A stretch of DNA of 64,000 nucleotides. It comes from the human T2T-CHM13v2.0 reference genome, Homo sapiens. Every line of letters starts with the position of its first letter. Position 1 is the stretch's first letter. The translations under genes were made by a program, and so were the position numbers. Positions 12,726 to 27,300 of the stretch are shown here, piece by piece. The notes beneath the pieces are model-generated. The model had not been told where the DNA came from. It saw only the letters and a list, made by a program, of their open reading frames with translations, and searched no databases. Location of the stretch: assembly GCF_009914755.1 (NCBI RefSeq), contig NC_060945.1. One strand, written 5' to 3'.

Positions 12726-13197
12726 TTTTTTTCTAATTAATAGGGTCCCAAATGTCTTACACAATAAATGCAAATAGACCCAGACCAAGAAACATAATTA
12801 AAATTTTAGAATAGTGGAGGCAAAGAGAAGCCTCTAGAAGCTTCTAGAGAGAGTTTTATGCAAAGAGTAAAATATCAGAAGGCCATCACACTTCTATTAA
12901 TAGAACACTGGAACCCTGAAGACACAGGCGACATATTTTCACCTTCTTAGCACAAATAATCTACAACAAAACTGTTAAGCCAAATATCTAGTGTGGGTTT
13001 ATGGATAAGATAATTTAAGAACTAAAAAAAAAAATATTGTCTATGATCCTTTTACCTTTCTCAGGAGGTTGTGTTCTGCTAAAGTCAAGAAGAAAACCAA
13101 GAAACAGGAAACCATGAGATGTAGCAGAAGAGGGAGGCAAAGTAAAATCCTAGGAAGATGCAACAAAAGTATCAAGACCACAGCAAGCCTAGATCAA

Positions 13198-13514
13198 CCA
13201 GTCCAAGTCTGAAGGCCTGAGGACCAGGAGCACTGATGATGTAAGTCCCAGTCCAAGAGCAGAAGCCTGATGTCCCAGTTCACATAGTCCACAGAGAGCA
13301 AATTCTCCCTCCTCTGCCTTTTTGTTTTATTCCAGCCACTCAACAGATTAGATGATGCCCATCCACACTGTGGAGGGCAATCTGCCTTACTCAGTCTGCT
13401 AATTCAAGTCCTAATCTTACCTGGAAACATCCTTGCAGACACACTCAGAAATAATGTTTTAACATCTGGGCACCCCATGACCCATTTAAGTTGATGCATA
13501 TTTTTAACCATCAC
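13198..13514 (-). mobile_element. MLT2B/C ERVL LTR fragment
   Basis: Ends AAGTTGATGCATATTTTTAACCATCACA, the reverse of the MLT2 5' terminus; GGAGGGCAATCTGCCTTACTCAGTC. Confidence 0.8.
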
Positions 13515-14134
13515 AGATTCAATTACAAAGTAATCCATTAAAAGAGTTTAATATGTATGCTTCTGGAGAGGACAAAAATAATGAAAATATTAAGCATCTA
13601 CTCTTTCTCATAACCTGTCTTACAGAACTCTTTGAGTTTTAAAAAATGACTTAACATGTATGAGTAAATATGACTAATTAACAAAATGTGTATGTATGCA
13701 AGTCCAGAAGCACTGCACAGTTAGAGCATATAGATAGTTAAATGAGGACAAAAAAATCTGTAAACAAAGTCCAGTTTATAATACATACCAGTTCATGAAA
13801 AATCAAGCAGTCTCAACATGGTGCTAGAAAGCTCATTTTCTGATTTTAGGAAGAACCATGGTTCCACACTCAAACTTCAGCTGGTTGGGTTTAAAACATC
13901 TTTTTCAGTTTTGTTTACACATTATCAATAAGTAAATGTGGCTTACATGAAACTTTACAGAGTTTATAATTTGTACAAATTTTGATACACAGTATATGTG
14001 AAATATGTCTTCACAATAGCAAGGTAGACCTATATATAAGCCTGCTGTAAGGCACCTATTATCAAATAATAGTAGGAAACATTACTGAAGATTTTGGAGG
14101 TGTGTGGCATTGCCATCAACCACTGATTTATGTA

Positions 14135-14255
14135 TTTTCTCATTCAGTAATCCCATGAAATAGAGTGAGCTGTGTGTATCATTGATAGGAAGTTAAAGCT
14201 CAAGAAATAAAATAATTTGCCCAAAGTCCTGCACCTGCTTTTGATCCCTGAGCTG
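14135..14255 (-). mobile_element. MIR fragment
   Basis: GGAAGTTAAAGCTCAAG...AATTTGCCCAAAGTC. Confidence 0.5.
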
Positions 14256-14688
14256 TAAAGACTCTTCTAAATGGGTGGTGATTGTTTCATAGTAATCATT
14301 TTAAGAGGTGTTACATTTACTTCGCTGATACTGCTACTATTGTTAAATCATAAAAAAGTGTAACAATTTACATTCGGAAACGTTGTTCCCATCATTCTTG
14401 AATATTTTCAGCTGGCAGATATTTCGGTCTTTGAGAATGGATTTGATTTTTCTTTAATAGACAAAATTCAATTGGAGTGAAGCCTGATAAACTAAATTAA
14501 TAATTAACTTGAGAAATGTTTTCTTTTTTGGTCAAAAGCTGCATTTGTGAATAAAAGGTATGTTTTGTAATTAGTAACTTTGCTAGGAAGGCATTTCTCA
14601 AAGAACTCCAAATATGTGGTATGTAGATGATGTCATGAAAGTGTGTACAGCTTTGCATAGCAATATTCTGAATGACATTTGAATGCAT

Positions 14689-14720
14689 TTCTCTCCCTCT
14701 CTCTCTTTCTCTCTCTCTCT
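14689..14720. repeat. (CT)n microsatellite
   Basis: Directly visible. Confidence 0.85.
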
Positions 14721-15278
14721 AATTTATCTATCTATTCATTCATCCCTCTGTACTTGTTAAAAATTCCATGCATTTAGGAGTACATGTGCCATCATACTCA
14801 TCAAGAACTTGCATTAGGGAAATTTATGTATATTTCTGGAGGACACGTCTTTTCTTCCCAGTCTCGGTCATACTTGCTTTGCCTTGCATTCCCTAGCACT
14901 CTGTGTTTGTGTTGTACCATGTCCATAAATGCTTACTGCTGTGAAGGGATCCACTATGAAAGGCATAAAAACATTCTACATTTTTGCACTAAAAATACTA
15001 AAAAATATTTGGAAATACTTGGAAATGGATTGTTGTTGTCCCTCCTTTTTCGTAAACATACCTAAAAAGAGTGAGGTTGCATCCCAGAGGGTATTTCTCA
15101 GAAGCTGGGTCTTCTGCTTGCTTATAGGGTCCAAAGTTCTCCTTGAAAGAGAAATGACTGCTACACTGTCACTTTCTAAAGAAGAGTCTTAGTTTTAAAA
15201 TTTCTTGGTCACTTTTGTTCAGAGTTTGGTTTACTGAGCTGTAGAGTACCTGTAGAGCATACATTTTGTTTTAGCCTA

Positions 15279-15710
15279 TTAGATGGTTAATATTGAGTGT
15301 CAACTTGATTGGACTGAAGGATACACAGTATTGATCCTGGGTGTGTCTGGAGGGTGTTGCCAAAATACATTAACATTTGAGTCAGTGGGCTGGGGAAAGC
15401 CGTTTCACCCTTAATCTGGTGGGAACAAGATAATCAGCTGCCAAGGAATATAAAGCAGGCAGAAAAAGGTGAAAAGGGGAGACTGGCCTAGCCTCCCAGC
15501 CTACATCTTTCTCCGGTGCTGGATGCTTCCTGCCTTCCAACATCACACTCCAAGTTCTTCAGTTCTGGGACTTGGACTGGCTCTCCTTGCTCCTCAGCTT
15601 GCAGACAGCCTATTGTGGGACCTGTGATTGTGTAAGTTAATTCTTAATAAACTCCCCTTTATATGTGTATCTATCCTATTAGTTTTGTCCCTCTAGAGAA
15701 CCCTAATACA
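15279..15710 (+). mobile_element. MLT2A1 solo LTR (HERV-L)
   Basis: GATGGTTAATATTGAGTGTCAACTTGATTGG at start, TATAAAGCAGGC TATA, AATAAACTCCCC, ends CTAGAGAACCCTAATACA. Confidence 0.9.
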
Positions 15711-17554
15711 GGCTGTTAATTAATTTTATTGAATTTCTCCATAAAACAATGATTTTAAAGAACAAACCTGAATGAATATTAAATCCTAAAGTCCTCATTA
15801 TTTGAATACAATAAATTATTTTACTTTGTTGGTTAAATGAGATCTAGCTAAAGCTTAATCACACTATTTAAGGAAAGAAGAGACGTGCGACCAAGAAGTC
15901 AGAAATACTTCCTGGAAATTGCTTCTTTTGATTTTGCCATTTCATCATGCAGCATGGTGACAGGTTCCTGGGCCTATTGCTGTGACAGCATGATCACGAG
16001 GCAGCATGTGCACTTGGCTCACTGTGACAATCATCCTAAGCCAATTATCCGCACATGATGAAATGCTCATCCTCAACGCTATTTCAATAGTGATTCAGAA
16101 CCTATCTACTCATTTCCTAGTGCTCTCTTTCTATCCTGGTTTTCCTTTCGTCAGAAGTGATGTAAATAAAATACTTTGAGGTTTCTGGAAAGGAGAAAGG
16201 AGTTTATGTTAATATCCTTCTAATTTTCAGCCCTTAGTGCAGAATTCCAAATTATGGCTGAAACTTTGGGAGGTCAGCTAGATGCCTGCTTTGTGTTTTT
16301 ATTACTCCCTTCCGGACGTACGTGCTTATTTCAGAGATATTTTGTAATCTCTGCTCTTACTCAGAAACTAAGTGGCAAGGAAGCAACCTTAACCATAGAA
16401 CCCTTTAATAGCAAGAGAAAAGATTTTGCTAGAAAGACTAATCATTTAATAAAGGTAATTATCTCTGGTATCTATTAACTTCAGTAGTCTGAATTCTAGT
16501 TTATACCTCAGAATTAAAGTTTACACCTCATGATTAGACTCTGCATGATTCCTCATTCACTGAGAATGGCTCTCCAGAGAACATTGCCTGGCTAGAATAA
16601 TGAAGCTTTCTATCCTCAAATACCAGAGATAAAAAAGCACAAGGAAAAAGACAGATATATCTCATACACAGGTGAACTATTCTATGTAAAAGATAAGTTG
16701 AAATTTTCTACCCAGCTTTCATTTCCAAGTCCTGGTAGAGACAGAAGTATTTGACCTGGCTGAAAAGCAAGCTGACTTAAGGGGTATGATTATGTCGTAC
16801 TTTGAACAATGTGGCTTAAACCATTATTGGAAGTTGGTACAAATAAACCTCATAATTTGAGAAAGATTGGAAAATATAAGGCCTTCGACAAAATGCTCAC
16901 GCAGAGAACTTTTCCATCTTGTACTTCTCCTTAACTGCTTCTACTCTTGCCTTGTCCCTGTCTTCTATCACAAAGGGATCATGATCTGTAATTGATATGC
17001 TAACATTTGGATGGCAGCAAAGGCTTAATGAATTATTCCTTCTGGACAGTTTTTGAAGGTCAACGTTCTTCAGGATCTTAAGCTAAAAGATGAGTCAGGG
17101 GACATGTAAGCACCGCTGAGAATATTCTTGGTCAGAATTTTTAGAGAAAATATGTCCCATGTCAGAAACACAAGGACACACATTACATGTCTCCCCTTTG
17201 CTTTCAGAGGAAGGAATATTTCCTCTGCTTCTCTTTGTTTTCAGACACAACCTGCACTTTATAGCCATTCTCTTAGGAACAAAGAATATATAAAGGAAAT
17301 AAAGCACACGGTCTCTTTGCTTTCGGAAAGCTATTTGTGAAAGTTATTTGCATATATTTTTCTCTTCAGGAGAGTTTAGAAATCACTGGAGAATTGCTTT
17401 GTGCTTTAATGGACAGTGGAGGGATTTAGTAATCAGAGAGATGGGGCACTGAATCCCAGCCCAACAGCTAACTGGCTTTGTGATTGGTCTCAGTTTGAAT
17501 GTCCTCATCCATAATAAAAGGATGATAGAGATCCTAACAAGGTCCTTCTGAGCA

Positions 17555-17826
17555 CCTGCCAGCAGACAGCCTTTGGACTGGAACGGAAACATCAATTCTT
17601 CCCTGGGTCTAAAGTCTGCAGGCCTAACACGTAGATTTTTAGACTTGCTAATCCCCTCCATAATTGCATAAGGCCATTCCTAAAATAAATCTTTCTCGCT
17701 CTCTCTCCCTCTCTCTCTTTCTCTGTCTCTCCACACACACACAAACACACACACACACATGCATGCATGGACACACACACTCACATCCTATTGGTCTGTT
17801 TCTTCAGAGACCCCTAAGTAACACAG
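17555..17826 (+). mobile_element. MLT2B/C/D LTR 3' half with internal (CT)n(CA)n
   Basis: TCTTCCCTGGGTCT...AAAATAAATCT...TCCTATTGGTCTGTTTCT...TAACACA. Confidence 0.75.
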
Positions 17827-18279
17827 ATTTTGGAAGCAAGACCACTGATATTTGATAGATCTTAATTAAACTCTCATTTTGTCACATTTGTAATGTCTGA
17901 GAAGGATGATGGCTATCTTTTTTCCTTTATTCATTTTTACATCCTCAGTTTATGTCAGAAAGGTGACAAAACTGGATGAACACCTGAACTCAAATAAGTC
18001 TTAGGAGTCAATAATGAAGTATAAGAATAATTTATTGGGCGCCTACCAGATACCTGACTTCCTACTTGTTGACCCAGAAATTATATTGATTTATACGCAT
18101 ATCAATATATATGAATCAATATCATTCAAAATGAATGATTCAATTGTCCATTCACTCACTGATAAGCTCAACAAACATTAAATGAGTCACAATTATGTAT
18201 CAGTGTGTTACTTGCAGAGGATGCATGAATAATTCTCTAGTGGAAAGATGCATACATAAATCATTACGATAATCCTCGC

Positions 18280-18490
18280 AATTAACATTTGATGAGTTCT
18301 TACTAAGTGCTGTGCTCTTTGCTAATCCTTTTACATGAATTATGTTATTTACACCTCAGAATGACTTTACGAGACAGGTGCTATTATTATATCAATTTTA
18401 CAAATGAGTAAATAGGACACAGATGAAGGAACTTGTTTAAGGTCAAGTAGCTGGTTAGTATTTACAGCAGAGGCTCTGAAGCCTCTTAGA
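18280..18490 (-). mobile_element. MIR
   Basis: AACATTTGATGAGTTCTTACT...ATTTTACAAATGAGTAAAT...ACTTGTTTAAGGTCA. Confidence 0.7.
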
Positions 18491-18677
18491 CACTTTGATC
18501 TCAGCTGGGGGATAAAGGACATATGAGCAGTTTGAAGCCTATGAGTATGAATCAAGTTTCACAGATGAGATCATCTTTGAGCTTGGAGGGTGGGAGAAAA
18601 TAAAGAAGGACAGATTCATAGGACCCGGGCCAGAAATGGCTTTATTTTTTACACCATCATGTGGAAGGAAACGATAG

Positions 18678-18988
<311 letters not shown>

Positions 18989-19019
18989 GACATTTAAACT
19001 TTTTTAAAAGGCAAATTAT

Positions 19020-19665
19020 ATAATCTGATTTGGATTTTAGAAAAATAACTCGTAGCTGGAGAGAAGGAAGATTGGAAGAGAATTAGATCAGAGACAGGGA
19101 GATAGGTGATAGAATGCACAGTTATCTGGGTAAAATTGATGAGAGACTGAGGTAAAGTGGCAGGCTGGGTGGAGGGATGAGATATGTCACAAGGAGGGCT
19201 GAGTGGCTCGGTTAATGTATTGGTTTGGAGGCTTGCAGGAGAGTGAGAAATCTTGGATGACAATCACCATCCACCACCAACATATTTCTATTCCGGTTGA
19301 CTAGGGTGGCGATGATGCCATTCTCTGTAATAGTGACCAGGGACAGTGCATAATCTGCTAGTGGGCAGGGGGCTGGGAGGATGGCTTCTGTCCCATGTTA
19401 AGTTTAAGCAGCCCATGCATACTGAGGAGGAGAGTCCATTAGTCTGAATATAGAGATCTAGACCTCAGAAGGAAGGCTGGGGCTGAGATATCAATGTAGG
19501 GATTATCAGCATTCAGGAGGTGGCTGAGGCATTTAGAAGGTATGAGGCCAGGGAGAGTGTGGACAGAGAGGAAAGAAGATGCTCAAGGTCAGAACCACGG
19601 TGAACTTTAATAGTTAAATCCAGAAAGGTAGAGGAGGCCACAAAGGAGACAAATAAGAAGTGAGG
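19020..19665 (-). mobile_element. L2 LINE
   Basis: Purine-rich L2 antisense motifs (GATGCCATTCTCTG, GGCTGGGGCTGAGATAT, ATCAGCAT...GGTGGCTGAGGC). Confidence 0.65.
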
Positions 19666-19729
19666 GAGGCCTTGTAACTTATTTTTTAAAAAGTTTTTTT
19701 GAATGGCTATGCAAACTAAAATGCAGTTA

Positions 19730-20460
<731 letters not shown>

Positions 20461-21430
20461 AAAACAGAAAGTAGGTTCAGAGAAAGATGTCAACAATTTC
20501 TGAAATATGGAAGTAGATGAAATTCAGAGGAAAAGTGAATGGAATAACATCCCTACCATGAGAGTGATACTGAACTTTTTCTTCTGTATTCGAACTCTAT
20601 TTACATATTTAAAAGGGTAATATATAGCTTTGGCCACTTTAGTTTTTTGCTTTTTTCTTTCTCATGATTCTTAACCATGTGAATGATGATGTATATGACT
20701 GCATTTTTTGTTATTTATAATGATTTATTCATAAAACATCTTATAGTGCATGGCCAGTTGTCTCCCAAATTTAATTTTTTAAATTTCTACACGTACAACT
20801 GTGCTTTTTTGTTACAGTGGAGAGGTCTTTGAGCTGACATCTTTTCATCAAAAGGTTATAGATTCTTCTCACACTTCGCAGTTTCAATTGACAAAAGAAT
20901 TGCTTTTTTTTTTCATAGCATTTTCCCAACTGCTCAGGATATTGGAATGGCTACATGTATAAAACAAATGACTCTTCTGACATTGGACATTGAATGGCTC
21001 CACTTTCTCACACATTCTTGGACTATGCAGTGTTTTTCCTGTGCAGGGCCTGTGACCTACAGATGGCCATGGCAGATTCAATAAAATGAAAAAAGCTAAA
21101 CAAAACACAAAGATGCTCATTATTACATTATTCTACGTTTTCCTTTTTCTTCTCATGGGATTGTTTGACAATGGCTAAATTTAGTGGTTGGCATTCAGCA
21201 TAAATGATTGGTGGTACAGGATCTCGCTATACAGAACTCTATTTCAGCAGAATTGATTTCTAAAATGCTGTTCACTTATACGCAGGGGAATCATAAATTT
21301 TAGCACAGTGTTGATCTATATATACTTCCCAGTGGAAAAGGTCTCCTTTGGCAGTAGAAAGACTTGAAGTAAAAATTACTTAGAAAAGTTCTGGATTTGA
21401 GAATGGAGATATGAAATAAAATAATATTTT

Positions 21431-21592
21431 TATTAAATTTTTTAAAAGTTTATTATTTATTTTTTAGAGACATCATCTTGCTCTGTTGCCTAAGCTCGAG
21501 TATAGTGGTACAATCATAGTTCACTGTAACCCCCTCCTGGGCTCACATGATCCTCCTGCTTCAGCCACCAGCACATGCTACCATGCCCCGCC
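21431..21592 (-). mobile_element. Alu monomer (FAM/FRAM-like), internally deleted
   Basis: ACAATCATAGTTCACTGTAACC...CCTGGGCTCACATGATCCTCC; TSD AAAATAATATTTT at 21418-21430 and 21593-21605. Confidence 0.8.
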
Positions 21593-22047
21593 AAAATAAT
21601 ATTTTAATCAAATAGATGGTAAATTATAATCTTAGGAAGTGTGATAATTCTAGTACTCAAATATCTTTCACTATTAATATTATTTGAATAATCCTAGGTT
21701 AGATCATTATAACATATACTTGGAAAGCAAATAATAATGCTGATTCGTTGTAAAATAAATGCAAATACATTTTGTGTTAAAGAAAGCTGATATCTTCAAA
21801 AAAGCCAGTCCTGATATTCTTTGATTTTCTTTTGGCTTCTGTTTTGAGAAATGGTAAAATATTAGAGCATTAATGTCAGACTTGCCTGACACAATATTTT
21901 CTTCTTGTTTCGAATGGTCAACTACTAACATCATGGTGTTCCCTTGGTTTTGAGATGCTTTTCACAGCTAATAGGTGTGATGAGAAAGAATCATAATAAT
22001 ACTCCGTGATCTGGAGAAGCATTAAGAGGGCAGCGGGGCGGGGGGGT

Positions 22048-22200
22048 AATGTAGTGGATAAGGTCAAGGGCTTCAGTATTAAATAGACAGGGCTTCAGGT
22101 CCTAAGTTTTACTGTGTGATCCTGGGCAGGCTTTGTTTTTTGTTTTTTTAAAAATTTCAAAGCCTTGATTTCTTCATCTGCAAAATGCTGATGTAGTATT
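22048..22200 (+). mobile_element. MIR
   Basis: TGTAGTGG...ACTGTGTGATCCTGGGCA...TTTCTTCATCTGCAAAATG. Confidence 0.7.
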
Positions 22201-22768
22201 TCAAACACTAAGGTCTACCACCTTAGAAAAATCCGCTGTAAGTGGCAATTTGGGTCAAAACAAACATGTCACGTTAATGGAATCGTGTTTATCAAGCTGA
22301 TTGGGAGAAGGCATTTTGGAGTCCCTAGGGCAGGACTGTGGTAGGGATGTAGGGATGCACATGGCCTATTGTGGGAGATACTGGGGTTTGGTATGCAGAG
22401 TGGGGTAGAATTTGTCCAAGACAACCCACAGTTGTTTGGTGGTGGGTACAGAGTTGACAGCAGAGCCCTGGTTGAAGGAAAGCCAGCTGTTAAGTAAGAA
22501 GCCCTTGTCTTTTCCAATGGCCACATAAGTACAGGAATGACAGGGTAAGTAAAGATGTTAGTACCTGGGAGAATGGTAAACAGGATATGGAATGTGGATA
22601 AATGGTTTGGAACTAACAGGGTGATGAAAGCAACTACCTCATACATAACATGAAAGAAGCATGTGAGGTGTCTACAGCTGTGAGCTTGGCCAATAGAACT
22701 TATAAACTATACACTTGTGTATTATTAGCATTATGATTTTTGAGCAATGGGTTGGAAAAATGTAGCCT

Positions 22769-22934
22769 CAGGGCCGACCTCCTGAGATTATGACTTGTGT
22801 AAAAGCACAAGACTTTGTGTTTAGAAGGAACTGGTGCTTGGTTTGAGGCTTCTTTGACATTTTTAATATTTTTTGAACAAGGAGCTTGCACGCTTATTTT
22901 GCATTGAGCCCTAGACATTTTGTAGGCAGTCCTG
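22769..22934 (+). mobile_element. MER91A-like (hAT-Tip100 MITE)
   Basis: CAGGGCCG...TTTTTGAACAAGG...TTTTGCATTGAGCCC...GTCCTG termini. Confidence 0.7.
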
Positions 22935-23085
22935 TGTAGCATGTCTATCACAGACATGTGGTTTTGACTCAGTCACCCCACCTCCCTGCCTGTGGGACAT
23001 TTGACGATGTCTGAGTTGTTTTTGATTGTCACAGCTGGTGTATGCTCCTGGCATCTATTTCATAGAGCTCAGAGATGCTATAATT

Positions 23086-23384
23086 GGACTGAACATGGTG
23101 GGTCACACCTGTAATCCCAGCATTTTGGGAGGCCAAGGTGGGTAGATCACTTGAAGTCAGGAGTCCGAGACCAGCCTGGTCAACATGGTGAAACCCTGTC
23201 TCTACTAAAAATACAAAAATTAGCCAGGTGTAGAGGCACATGCCTGTAATCCTAGCTACTCTGGAACCTCAGGCAGGAGAATAGCTTGAACCCAGGAGGT
23301 GGAGGCTGTAGTGAGCCAAGATCATGACACTGCACTCTAGCCTGGGCAACAGAGTGAGACTTCATCTCAAAAAAAAAAAAAAAA
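23086..23384 (+). mobile_element. AluSx/Sz-like
   Basis: Full dimer; degenerate TSD ATGCTATAA / ATGCTGTAA. Confidence 0.95.
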
Positions 23385-23428
23385 TGCTGTAAACATCCTA
23401 TAATGCACAAGTGACAGCCCCGTAATAA

Positions 23429-23739
<311 letters not shown>

Positions 23740-23949
23740 AAGAATTACTTGATTTTAACTATCAATAGTGCCAAGGTGGAGAAACCCTTATTTAGAATAT
23801 TTTAATAAAAACAAATCCGTCTGTGGATCCTTGGACAACATTATTGTTAGCAAATCTGGGAAGGTGCAAGGTTGACTGGTAAACTCTGGAGGAATTAAGC
23901 TCCATCTAGTTCTGTGTTGCACATTTGGCATGGCATTCCTGCTAATGGG

Positions 23950-24090
23950 AGGATGTATTTTTATAACTGAGTCAAGGTATCATAAAGTTGAACCTAATGG
24001 ATGCCAGAGGAGACTCATTTGACTTGGCAGCTATAAATAGCTCACCAGCAGCACCTGTGTAACTCTTATAAGCCTTATTTTTAAAATCTG
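23950..24090. promoter_or_regulatory. Candidate enhancer: MEF2 x2, E-box, AP-1
   Basis: TGAGTCA 23968-23974; CTATAAATAG 24031-24040; CACCTG 24052-24057; TTATTTTTAA 24075-24084, in non-repeat sequence. Motif evidence only. Confidence 0.4.
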
Positions 24091-25139
24091 GCAATGAAAA
24101 GATGGATTCTGGCTGAATGGTCACAAAAGCTTCTTTTCTAAGTGTCAAATCACACTCCTTGCTGTAGTTCACTTCTGGGTCAGTTTCCTATTAGCTCAGA
24201 AAAAAAAAAAAACCATCTCATTCCCTTACATGCATAGGTTAGAACAATGCACTGTTTAAGGCAGGGTTTTCCTAAAGAGTTTTGGAATAAATGCTTTACC
24301 ATATAAACAGGGCCCTATCAGCTATTTACTCTGTTGTCGTGTTCATTTGTTTTTGTGGGTTATAAGGATTGAGCTAAACAGCCTTGTGCCCTAGAGATTA
24401 TTTTACATGGACCAACATTGCGGGTTTCCTTCCTATGTAGGCAGGGCTGCTTCAGTCACAGGAAAACTATTTTATGGCCCCAGATCTATCACCTGTATCT
24501 AAGGGTCATGTCAGAAATGTGGGCAAGTATGACCAAGGATGTAAAAGGAAAACAGGTGATGGCAAATGGACAGACTCATTAACATAACTGGAAAAATAAC
24601 TCAAAATGCATAACGTCATTACTGTGGGACAATCCCAGTCCATTTGTGCAAGAAAGCCAGCAGGGTTGTTTTAAATTTACATTTTAGACCATGGAGTTTT
24701 CTTTTATGTTTCTTCCCACGTGGCATCAACACTCCTTATCGCTTGTCTGGAAAGACTTGAGGATTAACTGCTAATAAATTACATTATCTCCAAAGTAAAT
24801 TTAAGTGTAGTCATGGATTCTAAGTCTCGTTTCTCTGCTTTCAAATTGTTTACATATTGGTTGTCTGAACTTTGTAATCCCATTCGAATTTTAAAAAGTG
24901 ATTTTCATGATTTATTACAATGACTGCATTTTAAATACATCCTAGAACTCAAGACCGCAGAGAAAGTTATACAACCTGGAGTTTCTCAGGCTCTTCAACA
25001 TCTGAAATGTTTAACATGAGAGAGATTGTACACATCAGGATCTCTTATCCCTGATAAAATCTTAGAATGTCTACTCTTTACATATAGCACAAACTAAAAA
25101 AAAGACTAAATCAATCCCATTAAAGAGTGATTTTAATAA

Positions 25140-25254
25140 ATAGGTTGGTGCAAAAGTGGTTGCGATTTTTGCCATTACTTTAAAAAACAAAACAAACAAA
25201 CAAACAAACAAAAAAAAAATGACAAAAACCGCAATTACTTTTGCACCAACCTAA
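25140..25254 (+). mobile_element. MADE1 (Hsmar1 MITE) with (CAAA)n expansion in the spacer
   Basis: TAGGTTGGTGCAAAAGT...TTTTGCCATT / AATGACAAAAACCGCAATTACTTTTGCACCAACCTAA inverted repeats. Confidence 0.95.
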
Positions 25255-25452
25255 TATTACTGAGGTTTAATTTTTTCTATGTGGACAAGGGAAAGTTTGT
25301 TTCTGGAGAATTTTTACATGTTTGCAATCTTTTAGTAGTATTTTTTACCCTAAAGGTATGTAAACAATAACTTTATAGTTGATTATGCTTTTCAGAGTTA
25401 AGTATAACTCAATCATTCTGATCTAGGGAGACTATTCTTAAGAATTGTTTTC

Positions 25453-25749
<297 letters not shown>

Positions 25750-25855
25750 TCACAATGTATCAAAACATAATTTTAAAATAAAACTGGAGGAATAATTTGC
25801 ATAATTTTTTCCATAGAAGAAAAGGAATAAGAAAAGGTATCTATTTTCTAAGATG

Positions 25856-26263
25856 TGCTATAGATTGAATTGTGATCCCCCCGGGTTCATATGTTGAAGT
25901 CCTAAACTCCAGTACCTCAGAATGTGACTGCATTTGGATATAAGGTCTTTACAGAAGGGATTGAGTAAAAATGATTGTTAAGTTGGGCCTGAAGCCTAGA
26001 GTGCATTTATAAGAAGAGAAGATTAGGACACAGACACACACAGAGGGAATGGCATGTGAGGAGACACAGGAGAAGAAGGCCATCTGCAAAATAAGAAGAG
26101 AGGCTTGGGACAGATCCTTCTCTCTTGGCTTTTGGAAGAAACCAACCCTGTTGCCACCTCAATCTTGGACTTCTAGCCACTAGAAATGTGAGAAAATAAG
26201 TATGTGTTGCTCCAGCTCCCATTCTGTGGAATTTTGTTATCGCAACCCTAGGAAACTAATACA
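25856..26263 (+). mobile_element. MLT1B solo LTR
   Basis: TG...CA termini; TTCATATGTTGAAGTCCTAA, CCTCAGAATGTGACTG, GGAAACTAATACA. Confidence 0.88.
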
Positions 26264-26969
26264 TCATACAACTATTTTTTGGCATGGAACATGGATTTTG
26301 TTTACCTTTGATTTTTTAGCATTGATAGCTGTATCTTGAAAATAACAGATGTTCAAAAAATGTTTCTGTTTTTGCATTGAGCTATCTGGATTGAGAGGAG
26401 GATTTATTTATCCTTTGTAGCACAGACCCCCTGAAGTCCATCAAAAGTTCATATGTCAACTTCTAGAGCAATGTAATTCAGAACTACATGTCCCACCCAG
26501 CCTCCTTGCATCTAAGTGGGCCACTTCATCATGTCTCCTTATCAGAGAATGACAGGGAATGATTGCCAAGTGGCTTTTTTTTGGCCAAGCATGGAAGGAG
26601 CACATGCACCTTCTTCATTCTCTTTTCCTTTCTGCCTCCTGGATGTGAATGCCCAAGGCAATCCGGTACTGAAGATTCTGAAGCCGCCTGAATCCCTAAG
26701 AGCATGAACAGAACAGAAGCACTTCCTCACCCCATGTAACCTTCTTGATGAGGCATCTCTAAGGGACTGTTACTTAAATGGGAAATAACCTCTCCTGCGT
26801 TTAACAACTGAGATGCTATGGCTCATTTGTAGAGCAGATAACATTACCCTAAGCTGTATAGATGTGGTTATATGCAGCATGTGCTACTAAAATAAAAACC
26901 TAAAATATATGGCAGTGGCTTGGCAGTCAGGCAGCAACCAAAGAGGAAACACGCTGCACAAAGAACCAC

Positions 26970-27300
<331 letters not shown>

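Noticed and set aside
16821-16830. CArG-box matches CCATTATTGG (and CCTTAATTGG at 34142-34151)
   Set aside because: Isolated matches are expected by chance in 64 kb of AT-rich DNA
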